Assembly (NCBI RefSeq): GCF_021869535.1
Contig: NW_026262604.1
Location: 64,852,001-64,916,000, forward strand
Source: Mytilus californianus
Lineage: Eukaryota
Direction of reading: 5' to 3'
DNA: 64,000 bases
In this document: positions 12,750 to 24,171 of the stretch, one piece after another
How positions within the stretch are numbered: the first letter of the stretch is position 1
Layout: every line of letters starts with the position of its first letter
Made by a program: the position numbers and the translations under genes
The notes under the pieces: generated by a model
Database searches by the model: none
Told to the model about the DNA's origin: nothing
What the model saw: the letters and a program-made list of their open reading frames with translations, nothing else

Positions 12750-13315
12750 GAACTATCAGAACAATCTGTCATAGAACTGTTCTAAACTGTCCTAGAACAG
12801 TTCTACCTAGAACAGTTCTACCCTAGAACTGTTCTAAGTAGAACTGTCAGAATCAGTTCTAGGTAACTGACCAAATCAGTTCTAGGTAGAACTGTCAGGA
12901 TCAGTTCTAGGGTAGAACTGTCTAAAACTGTTCTAGGTAGAACTGTCCAAATCAGTTCTAGTCGTAGAACTGTCAGCAGAACTGACCAAATCAGTTTTAA
13001 CCGTAGAACTGTCAGCAGAACTGACTTAATCAGTTCTAACCGTAGAACTGTCAGCAGAACTGTCTAAAACTGTTCTAGCCGTAGAACTGACCAAACCTGT
13101 CAGGATTGTAGAACAGTTCTAAATGACGTCACTGCAATTTTTTAATATATATTATATTTTTTTGACTTATTTATATTTAAGACGAAGAGTTCTTAAAACT
13201 GTTCTACGGATAGAACTGACTAAATGAATTCTAGCCGTAGAACTGACCAAATCAGTTCTATTCGTAGAACTGTTCTAGTCGTAGAACTGTTCTAGTCGTA
13301 GAACTGACCAAAGAT
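12750..13315. repeat. Array of short palindromic TAGAAC(T/A)GTTCTA / tagaactgaccaaatcagttcta units
   Basis: Dozens of variants in both orientations; resembles DNA-transposon subterminal repeats. Confidence 0.85.
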
Positions 13316-13339
13316 TTGCAAAATGCAACAGTTCAGAAT

Positions 13340-16120
13340 ACCAAGATTCACCTACGGCTATTTTATTTCGATAGGTTTTAGCCCTGCAGTGATGGGAATT
13401 TGGTTCTACTTACTATCGTGATGTATTTACACTTTAACTACATGTAATTGTAGCTGCTAAAACATGTTTATTTTATTTTATTTCATATAGTTCTATACAT
13501 GAATATATATCCAGCTTACAGTTAAAATCAGATAAAATGCAAAATACGGCACTGTTTTGTTTTCTTCTACTTTTAATTTAACGTTGTTATCTTCTCATTC
13601 CTATTGCTATAAAATCAGTAGGAACAAAAAAAAATTGTGAAAATGAAATTACTTACGTGGTAGAAAAAATTCATTGCGAATATTAAGAATCCGTTTTCAG
13701 AGTATCTCTGCATTATCATTAACATCCTTTCACATGCTTTAGGTTAAACAATCTTCAATATCAAACGAATTCTAATGCAACTACTCGTCAGAAATATTGA
13801 AAACATACGCTACATGATTTTTGTAATGTTTTGTAATAATTGAATACCCATTTATAACCTTTCATAAATACAATTGGATGTACTCGGGACAGATGTATGA
13901 ACGATGGTCAAATGTTCGGACTCCTTGTTTCTTTTCCCTACAATACAGGGTAAAATATTTTGCCTCATATCACCCACTTTTCTTTTCAAAGCAGACTTCA
14001 ACAGCTCCAAAAAAGGACATTTAAGCATATTCTAGATTTTTTTCTAACGATTTGAGACCCATATAATGCCAATGCTAAATATAAGGTAAAAGTCCGAGTC
14101 AGCCTTTTCCTGCCATATTTTACAAATCAAATATCTTAAAAAAGGAGTCCCATAACCTATCATAATTTCAGCTTATTTTGTTCCTCTGACTTATAGTATC
14201 AATTTTAAATTCTAGGTTGCATACGAAAAAGGGTAAAAAAAAATATTCATTTGAATTTGACAGTTGTAGGAAATTAATCCTACATTTCATTGCAGTAAAA
14301 AAATTCTAGGTCATAAACATATATCTTGGGTGTTTCAAAGCACCATTTACTTTTTTATTTGGAAATTCTATAAAATATTTTAGAAACGTGAGGTTACATG
14401 GTTACTAAAGCTTGTACACAGGTAAAAAGGAGAAAATTTGATTGGTTAGCTTCCAATGATGGTTATTTTCTTATATGCAATGAAATGTTATGTGAAAGTT
14501 TGTCTATAGTATTGGACAGGATAAAACTTTACTCATGCCAAGTATTTCTTTATTTGAAACAAAGATAAATTCTGCACAATTTTTTGAAAGTGCAAATTTA
14601 ACAAAGACTAATAGGGGAAAATCAATGGTGGTATTTCACCTCTAGAGTTTATCAATTTCACCTAAGTACATCCTTAAGAAATCGTAAAAGTTGTCGCCTT
14701 AAGGTTTTTGGCAACATATTTAGGTGAAAGTATTCTGGTGACTTTTATAGTTTTAACAATTTGATTGATTAATTGATTGTTGTTTGCTAAACGTCCAGTG
14801 GCAACTATTTCATGCATGTTCAGGACGAGAACAAATTAACAATAAATAAAGTAGGTAAGTCATGTAATAGAGGTCGTCGGGGATGAAGTTCGGAGAAGTT
14901 TAAACTGCCACTAGAAGGTGAGGGTATATTGGATAGGGACAGCAATTTGGCATTGCAATAGGCCATTAACGGACCCCTCACAGAGTTGTTACAACGGTTC
15001 TTAACGTGCAGAGTGCGTGGCATTCTCTCTACACGAGACATCGAATGTAACGTCCCCATTCTGACCGGACGTGACTTCGTACTTGTACATCCTGCACAGC
15101 CAAATGGACGCCACACTTTGGCAACGGCTTTACTGCCGTCGGAAGACCTGTAGTGACCATACTTCAATTCCCCAGTCATCCTTGGGGGTTCACTAAATGA
15201 TATAAGTTGTTTTGTAGGAATACTCCTCAACCGTATATATTATGCACCTGGGGCCTTTTGATAAGATATCCATAGTGTTTGACCTTAAAATTTAAATGTT
15301 GGCCTTAGTAATAGCTTCATACTAGTACAAAACCAAGACATAAGTCGTTTGCATTAGGCTGGACCAAATATGACTATGCAAACAATAACTTGAAGTGGAT
15401 TGTTTTTGCCTGAATTTCAGGTAAAAGTATCCCAAAACCATATATTTTAAGAAAAAGCGTGAATCAACCTTTTATATGTAACAGACAAAATGCAAGAGCT
15501 TAGATTATTAAGATTCGCCTAGGCCTATTTTATTTCGATGGATTCTAGTTTTTGAATTGTGTGTATTAGGTAATAATTACGTCGTCTTAACGTATTTACA
15601 CTTTATTTACATGTGATTGCAGCTGTCAAAATATGTAAAACGGATATTTCAATTGACCTAATTCTATATATTTTTTTATTATATACTCAGCTTGCAGTTG
15701 AAATCCGATTTATATGCAAAATAAACTGGTCTATTTTTTTTTAAATTGATGTATTCAATTTTATTATCTTTATCTTTTACATTGTATCTTATTGCTTTCA
15801 TCTTATTTCTAAAAAAAAAAACAGTAAGAATAAAAATAAAACTATGAACATGGAAATACTTACGTGCTATTAAGTATTTGATTGCGAGTATTAACAGTCG
15901 TTTATCATTAACATCCTTTAGGTAAAAATGTTTCAATATTAAACGAATTTCATTGCAACAAACTAGTCAGAAAATATAGGAAAAAAAATACGTTACATGA
16001 TTTATGTGATGTTTAGTGACAATCGAATACCCATAACTTAGTATTAATCGAAGTCATGTCAATATGTGAAGTAGTTATTTTATGTGAAATATAACCTTTC
16101 ATAAATACGATTACGAAATA
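13340..16120. repeat. Diverged direct duplication (about 13340-13880 and about 15510-16120)
   Basis: Shared blocks ctatttt(t)atttcgat, tatttacactt, acttacgtg, ttatcattaacatccttt, ataacctttcataaatac. Confidence 0.8.
14760..15192 (-). mobile_element. Near full-length SINE-like copy
   Basis: Head cccccaaggatgactgggg through (ATTG)n tail. Confidence 0.85.
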
Positions 16121-17458
16121 CTTCATGAAGAGTTGAGAGTTCTAAAATAACGTTGTTTTCCTTAAGTATGTAAAATTATTGTACAATAAAACCACAAAAG
16201 GCGTTTCCAGATCAATGTTACACTTGGCAATGAAAGTAACTAAGGCGGCAGCAATAACGGATTCTTATATTTGTTTTTATGTTTCTTAGAAAACGGCTAT
16301 CAAAATGAAATCAACCCATTAATAAATATTTGTATGTTGATTGTTGTGCTTCGACTTAACTGATGAATTAAGCAATTTCCAACTTATATTTACGTTTGTT
16401 TTTATATTGTGTTGTAACATCAACGTCCCCAACCGTTACGGTAAAGGTCTAGTTTTTGCAACAATGTTTAACCCCGCAACATTCGTTATATCTGTGCCTG
16501 TCCTTATTCAGGATTATAACATTCAGTTATGATCGTTGGCTGTCATATTTATTTTTCTTTCAGAATTTTGTCATAAATCAGGTAGTTGTTTTCTCGTTTC
16601 AATTGTTTTACATTTCGTCATGACGGAGCTTTTAATTTATTAACATATGGTATGGATTTTGCTCATGGATGAAGGCAGTATGGTGGTCTATAGTTGCACT
16701 TGATATTTGTTTCATTGAAAAGCACATTTCTTTATTATAATGCAGCAGCTCTTGGTCAGGATGTCAAAAGTAAAGCGTTACCACCTTTTTGAATATAAGC
16801 CTCAACCGGTAACTCAGAACTGAAGGAGTAAAATACCAGGTTGCCATAAAATGTAGATATAAACGGTACGACGAACGTATGAAAGATGGAGTTGAATAAA
16901 ATAATAATTCATTTTAGCTATTGTACTTTGGGGAAAGACTGAAAAACTAGCAATTTTTTTGTTTTCTTCTTCAAAATTTCTTCTTGTTGACCAATACGAA
17001 GTTGTTTTTTCAATTGAGGCGTTGTTACTATATATTCTGTCCAACTCATATACATTAATCAGAGGTTCACCGACTTCGATTTAGAAGGGCTTACCATTCT
17101 CCTTCTACATGTACTATGTTCATAGGTTAAAAAAGTTCAAAACTACGGTTTATTGGTAAACAGAATTACATAAAATTGAGAATGGAAACGGGGAATACGT
17201 CATAGAGATAACAACCCGACCAAAGAGCAGAAAAACAAGCCCATAAACAATAATGTATACTTGTTCAGAAAAAATGAACGTCACACTAAACTCCGAAATT
17301 TTTCAATTTACCAAAATTAAATTAAAAGCACGAAAATGTTCACTTTTTCGGACATTATTACACTCAGATATTAATTAAATAAGAAATCAGTAATCCTAGG
17401 AGTATTGACAACATTAAATCAATTTGGCAAAAGCAAACTGTATTAAATAACATCTTTG

Positions 17459-18545
17459 CATTTTCATATGAGTCGGAGTTCCTTCAGACACTTGTCAAAA
17501 ACAAGAAAATCAAAGAAGGCAGATTATTTGATTTCACATTCAGATATATTGATGATGTTCTTTCCATTAACAATTCAAACTTTTCTGATTGGGTTCCATT
17601 AATATATCCTCCAGAACTAGAAATTAAAGAAACAATCAACACGGCTTCCTCCTCCACATATTTACATAAGCGGTCATCTCAGTACAAGAATCTATGACAA
17701 ACGAGATACTTTTAATTTTGAAATTATCAATTTCCACCAGCTTAGTAGCAATATACCAACTTCTCCTGCATATGGGATATACATTTTCAAACTCATTCGG
17801 TGTTCAAGAGCTTGCAACTGCTACCGAGACTATAATACGTAACCAGTGTCTTAGCAGAAAGATGATGAACCAGGGTTATGTCAAAGAACGTCTCGTCCTT
17901 TGTCTAAGAAAAGTTCATACCAAGACCTTGTTGATAAATATTCCGTATCAACTTCATAAATAGTACATGATAGTCTTCCAGTATAGATTGTAGGTACTGA
18001 CGTTGTTTATCATCTAAACTATGTAAATTATTCCCTTTACCGTTTAGTCTATTTTTTTGTAATATCCCTTTGGCGTGGCTCGGTACTTATACATCCCGTC
18101 AATGTGTTATTGTGCTATGGTAAATTTTTGTATTCTTGTCTTTCATTTTTGCTGACGTGCTTTATCTATTTGCCATTTTGTTTTTCTTTGTTGAAAATTT
18201 GTTTGTTTTTATAGTGATTAGGATTATAACACAATGTTGACTGTTGTACACCTATTTTTTGACATTTTTACCTATTATGTCTGTTTGTTTTGTTCACACA
18301 TTGTTGTCAATATAATGGACTTTTATGCGATTGTCATACAATATGTTTAGCTTGCTATAAAACCAGGTTTAATCCACCTTTTTCTACATAAGGAAATGCC
18401 TGTACCAAGTCAAGAATATGGCAGTTGTTTTCCATTCGTTTGATGCGCTTGAGCTTTTGATTTTGCCATTTGATAACGGACTTTCAGTATTGAATTATCT
18501 TTGGAGTTCGGTATTTTTGTTATTTTACTTTTTTTGTACTTTTTT
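17459..18545 (+). mobile_element. Penelope-like retroelement: RT fragment followed by pseudo-LTR-type tail (approximate)
   Basis: FSYESEFLQ...FTFRYIDDVLSINN...IYPPELEIKET...YDKRD.FNFEIINF...SNIPTSPAYGIY; YIDD at 17545-17556; frameshifted. The tail recurs elsewhere (52660-52800, 55690-55840, 61730-62030). Confidence 0.85.
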
Positions 18546-20424
18546 TTTCCTCAATTTAACTTGTATTATATACAAATGTGCATGTACATGTTATCTTCAA
18601 TGTTTCATTTTGGTAATTTTTAAGCAACTTTACATTGTAATACATTTGGTTTTTTTTTCTAATTATCGTCAAAGATCAAAATGTTTAAATTATAGGAATT
18701 TTGATTTACTCCCCCATTATCTTTATTGATCGTGGTTTCAACATGAAAATGTTGCCGATTTAAGTAAGTTTTTTCTTGGTATTTTATCCTGTATATGCAT
18801 GTTTTACTAAAAATATCTGTCAAAAGTTGGATCGACGCGTAGTCATACATTATTCATAGCAGTACAGAAACAAATGGTAGAAGGGAAACAGTAATATGTC
18901 ATATATGCACAAATTACTTGACACTTGGTTGCATATTTATATATCTTGAACAGCCAAACGGAAGCCCTGAAGCGTTGGTCGTGCTACTAAATGGATAAGA
19001 TCGGTTTAATTTCTATACCCATGGTACCAATAAAAGCTTCAGAGGCTAACAAAAGGAGCAACAAACAACCTAACATCCAGATTATAAAAGGTGCAATGGA
19101 AATTAAAAAAAAAAAAAGGGAACATTAATAGTTACACTCAGGTGCATAATATTTTAAACAAAAAAATATGTTGTGTTTTATTTAAACCATTTTAATTATC
19201 AAAACTGGCCATACAACAGCATTTTACATTCTTGGAATGCCGTTTAATCATTAGATTAACAAATGTCGGATAAGTTTGACTTCGTATTACCAATTGTATT
19301 ATAACATTTACTAACAACTAATCAAATATACCTTGATAAGAGTTCAAAAACGCCAGACACGTATTAACACTTGAAAAGGCAAATTAGTAACGAAGTTTAA
19401 GAGCATTGAAAAAAGACAGTCGTGTCAAATCTATGTAAGGCAATCTATGCATGGAGTAGAAAACCTTAGTGTTTCGAATGATTTTACCATTTAATGAACA
19501 GTAGCACAAGACGCATTCATACGTTTGGGCTTATGTATGATAGCCTTGAAAACTAAACGTCCATTAGCAGGTGGTTTCATCAGTTGTAAAAATTCGAAAA
19601 AGTCGCCAGGATTATAAATGAAGTGCATTTACGCAACACTCATTAGTGGCGCTAAAACAAAACTCTTAAAAGACAAATAAATGACGAAATGGAAGAGCAA
19701 TGAACACGAAACATTCCACCAGGTCATTTGTAATCGTATATCATAATTAATGTAATCACCCTTGATACTTGTACACATCAACGTAATCAATATGAGTTAT
19801 TTTTTTAAAGAAATGGGTTTTTATCTTAAATTCATAATTCATTAGTTTATGTTATTGTCATGTCAGTATATTTGCTATTCTAAAAGTAGAATTCAAAACA
19901 AGGATGAATTAGTATCAAAACGTTTTTATTTTAAATTTTAATATACAGAAAAGGTGATCAAATTTTTTTTCTGATGGCAAATACGCGAAAAAATGTACAT
20001 TGCATTATTTAAACTTTAAATAAAACTTCAACTTGCATTTATTTACACGAAGTCATTTCCGGCATAGCTTTTTACAACCAAACAGTAATTTCATTAACAG
20101 TTGTACACAAGCGAATTTACAGTAATTGTATTTCAATCTTTTATAGTATTGTTTTTCTTTTTTTCACTGAATTGATCCGATATTACCCACTTTTTTTGTT
20201 TCGTCAGCTTTATTTAATTACGTTTAATAGTTTCCGTATTATTATCAGTTTTGTTTACAACAAGTGTAAAAGCTCTATAGGGTGATATAAACCTTTTTAA
20301 TAGTTTAACCTATTTGTTGTTTGATTTATTTTTATTACATTCACACCTGTGATGACTTTATAGTCAATGCGTATTTAATGTGCGGTTTAAGAATTTATCT
20401 TGTTTGTTGATAATTCCTGCAATG

Positions 20425-20635
20425 TGTAACTACTTTTTTATATTCTTTCAATATTTTTTTATTTCTGTTTTCTTAGTTTTACCTAAAACTTGTAACAATA
20501 TTTTTGATAAACTTAAAACTTGTAACAAATTTTGATAAACTTAAAAAGTTTATAAAAAATTGTTAAAAGTTATAGGTAAAACTAAGAAAACAGAATAAAA
20601 CAAATTAGGGAAAGAATATCGAAAAAAGTAATTTC
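20425..20635. repeat. Foldback element with 23-bp perfect inverted repeat and internal tandem duplication
   Basis: ttctgttttcttagttttaccta ... taggtaaaactaagaaaacagaa; internal 2x aaaacttgtaacaa..ttttgataaactt. Confidence 0.75.
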
Positions 20636-21479
20636 ATTTGAAAGATTTTACACTTGATAACAAGTTTTACATTTTGTTGTAGTCAATTAAATGTTGCTTC
20701 AACCAAATATAGTTGTAAATACGGCACGTGGCATATTCAGGACGAGGACTATGTAGATCCTTTAAGATTGAACAATCGGGATAAAGGGTGTGAAATTTAA
20801 ACTGCCACAGAAAATTAAGATTGTGTTTGATAGGGGTAGAAATTATGTCTTGCAGCATTTCACTTACGGACCCTCAGACAGTTATTGCAAGTGGTCTTTA
20901 ACATATAGAGAGATTTGCATTCACCCTACACGAATACTCATGGAATGCAGTATTTGCTCCCCGGAGCACCTCTAAAGTGTACAAAACGTTGTCAATTATT
21001 GTGTTTTGTATGGTTCCTGAAATTTATTAATATGTGTGTGCTTAATGGCTTCCTGTGCTATTTGTATTCCTAAACGGTTTTTCGTAGATTTTAATTTTAA
21101 ACGAGCGTCCTCGAACAACTAGTTAGTTTCAACAGTGTTAATGCAAATTCCTTTTTATATTATATCTAAGATTGATAAAATAAGATTGACATTTCAAAGT
21201 TACCAGTTTTATTTGTTGTAATGTTTAAAAGAGGGACGAAAGATAACAGAGGGACAGTCAAACTCACAGATCGAAAACAAACTGACAACGCCATGGCCAA
21301 AACTAAAAAGACAAACAGACAAAAAATAGTACAGATGACACAACATAGCCTGTGTATTACGAATTTTTCAAGGTACTACAATATCAAAACATAAAAATTC
21401 AGAATCAAAGTGGCGGGCCATTTTGTACATATACCAAAGGGAATTAAATAGTTGGCAAGTAAAGCCAAGATTTTTGCAA

Positions 21480-21880
21480 GAAACCCAGACTTTATTATAG
21501 ATATTTTCGTCATAAAATTGTAAAGATAGAATGATCATGAAATTCGAACTTGACCTTTTTTTGGTAACAAGAAAAAACATATATAAATTTAAAAAGATTT
21601 CGTCAAAGCGTTTTCAAGTTTTTGCACGGAAAATACCCAAAGTATCACTATTCGCTACTTAAAGGTCTACAACTCAACAACGATAAAAGCTAAAATCGTG
21701 AATATCGAACTTGACCTTCATTTAGTCACAGGAAACAATATCTAAATTTGAAAAGATTTCGTCTTAGCGTTTTAAAGTTATTGCACATACGCTGTTTGGC
21801 AGCCGCCCGACCAGCAAAACCGTCTGTCGTACATCACCAAGTTAATAACCGATATTTTCCTTTGGAAATCCGGTTAAAAA
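21480..21880 (+). mobile_element. Helentron/HINE (pearl-like) non-autonomous element (approximate)
   Basis: Two internal repeats about 160 bp apart (atcgaacttgacctt...aaaagatttcgtc..agcgtttt), microsatellite remnant and 3' hairpin taaccg..atttcc..ggaaat.cggtta. Confidence 0.55.
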
Positions 21881-22257
21881 TGTAATACGGCACAATCGCC
21901 GGTCAGTGCAGAGCTATATTTATGTGTTTTCCAATTGTTTATACAGCATTACAGTTATGAAAAGTGGTTATTTGGTTTCAAGAAACAGTTTTCAATACGA
22001 GAATTGGTTATTAGTGTATATGAAAAAGGAAAACAGTGAGGTATTGCATATATTCCCAGCCATGACACATAAACAACAAATGTAAACAAATGAAAAACTC
22101 ATTTCACTTTTAGTGTTTTACACTTTTAACATTTGATTAATTAGATGACTATCATCATCATTTGAAACATATGTACAAACCGAACTTGGAAATTTATATT
22201 TTAGTTGATGAAATACCTCTCGCCTTATATTTGGTAAACACTTAAATCTTGATTAAT

Positions 22258-22415
22258 GATGTTTATAAAAATGGTGGACAGGGATGAGGACGATTACTTT
22301 AAAATGTAATCGATTAAATTACAATTACTTTGCTAATTTCATGTAATCGATTACATTACACCTACATTCAAATGTAATCGATTACATTAGATTATTTTTC
22401 TTTAAAGTAATTATG
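22258..22415. repeat. Array of ATGTAATCGATTACAT palindromes after a CAGGGATG start (probable MITE end)
   Basis: tgtaatcgatta at about 22305, 22342 and 22374. Confidence 0.6.
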
Positions 22416-23782
22416 ATTACATTAAAATTGAGAATGAAAATGAAATTGTATATTATAATATAAAAGAATTTCTTATAAACTTTTTATCCTTACGAAAAAA
22501 GCTTATTTTTTGTGAAAATTTGTGTTTTTTATATCCTTAATTTATAATTTTGACGACTAGGAGCAGTGTAGCATGCAGAAAATTTGATAGCATAGACAAG
22601 TGTCCTTTTCTGTTTAAAAGATAAAAGATAAAACATTGTTTTATAAACATTTTCGCCAACTGCACAATTAACAAAAAACCTGAACAATCAATGAAAAATC
22701 AATTAAGTAGTTTTATTATCTGTGGGGATATAATTGACACAGCAATAAGTTTTTACAGTGTTAATCACTACTTCCAATTTTTTGACAAACAATAGGTGAG
22801 CTTGAGTATTAAAAGTAGTTGTCTTAATTGCACTATAAATAAAGTTATAAGTAGTTTGTTTTCATTATGTTTTTTAAATGTATGAAAAATTCCAATACTT
22901 GATATAGTTAAAAAGGGCATATTTATGGAAAACAAAATTTATTCATATTGTAAAAAAATAAAATTTGGTTCAAAATTCCATCAATAATGAAACGGGCTCA
23001 AAAGTTCTATTGTTGTAGAGAATGTATGCACTCTACTGTATTTATATTACTAGTGCAGTCATTCTAATCAAAGCCTCCAAACATCTGCTCTTTCAGGTTG
23101 ATTTGATAATATCTGATTGATACCTAAATCTAGTTTTAATATGGAAGTTGAGTTTCATTATCCTACCGTTAGTAGTTGTAAAGCCAATCCCTAACAAATA
23201 GCTGGTCTCGTTAGGGAATATGATCTGTTTGCTGGTTCTTGCTAAATTTCCTCCTCTTGGGTTCCGTTAACAACTTTTTTAGTTATTTTCAACCAAGTAT
23301 CCAATCTTCCTGATTTCTATTGTTGTTTCCTACTCTGTTGATTAACTTGAAGTCGACAATCCTGCCGTCATAGTCTCTTGGGAATTCTAGTTGGATGGAA
23401 AAATAACCTTTGCATAGGTTTCCAGATAATTAACTATCCAAAATCTATAGCTTTTAGAGAGAAAACTGTATGGAATCAGTTATATTTTGCTCTAATGGTT
23501 TGCCATGATGTGTTCTTTCAGATCAACCATTCTCCTGTACGTTTTGTTCTCAGGACAACAAACACATATGAAAGAGTCGTTTATGTGGAGCAGTTGCCAG
23601 AGGGTTTTTAAGTTGCCTCCTTGTCCTAAAGGTCATTGGTCACGAACAGCATTTCACCTCCACTTGTGATAATGGTCTTATTCTGAAATCGAATCGAAAT
23701 TTGTAAATCCCTCCACCATACATTAAATAATACAATAAAAATCAGTGTGTAGTGTGCTTGCTGTAGTATAAGTGTGTTTGAT

Positions 23783-24171
23783 TCTGATTGATTGTTGGTT
23801 GCTTAACGTCCAGTGGGAAATATTTCATACATGTTCATGACGAGAACAGATTAACAATGAATACAATAGGTAGGTCCTGTAATAGAGGCTGTCCAGGATG
23901 AAGGTCGGGGAAATTTTGACTGCCACGGGAAAATGAGGGTTTATTGGATAGGGACAGAAATTTAGCCTTACAACAGGCCACCTCAAAATGTGGTTGCAAG
24001 GGTTCTTAATGTGCAAAGAGTGTTGCTCTCTCTTTACACGAGGAATCGGATTTAACGTCCCCATTCTGACTGGACGTGGCTGTGCACATGCACATCCCGC
24101 ACAGCCAAACGGACGCCCCACTTCGTTTTAAGACGGATTTTACTTCCGGTCGGAAGAAGACCAATGGTAAC
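23783..24171 (-). mobile_element. SINE-like copy split by the BEL/Pao element (5' remainder at 27526-27555)
   Basis: Breaks at ccaatggtaac and resumes at gtgaccatatttctattccc. Confidence 0.8.

Noticed and set aside
19345-19365. Additional hammerhead (reverse complement of gtgtctggcgt)
   Set aside because: Only the 3' helix-I remnant is present; no core. Other CTGATGA hits (12488, 16359, 19577 minus, 31990 minus) lack stem II/GAAA.
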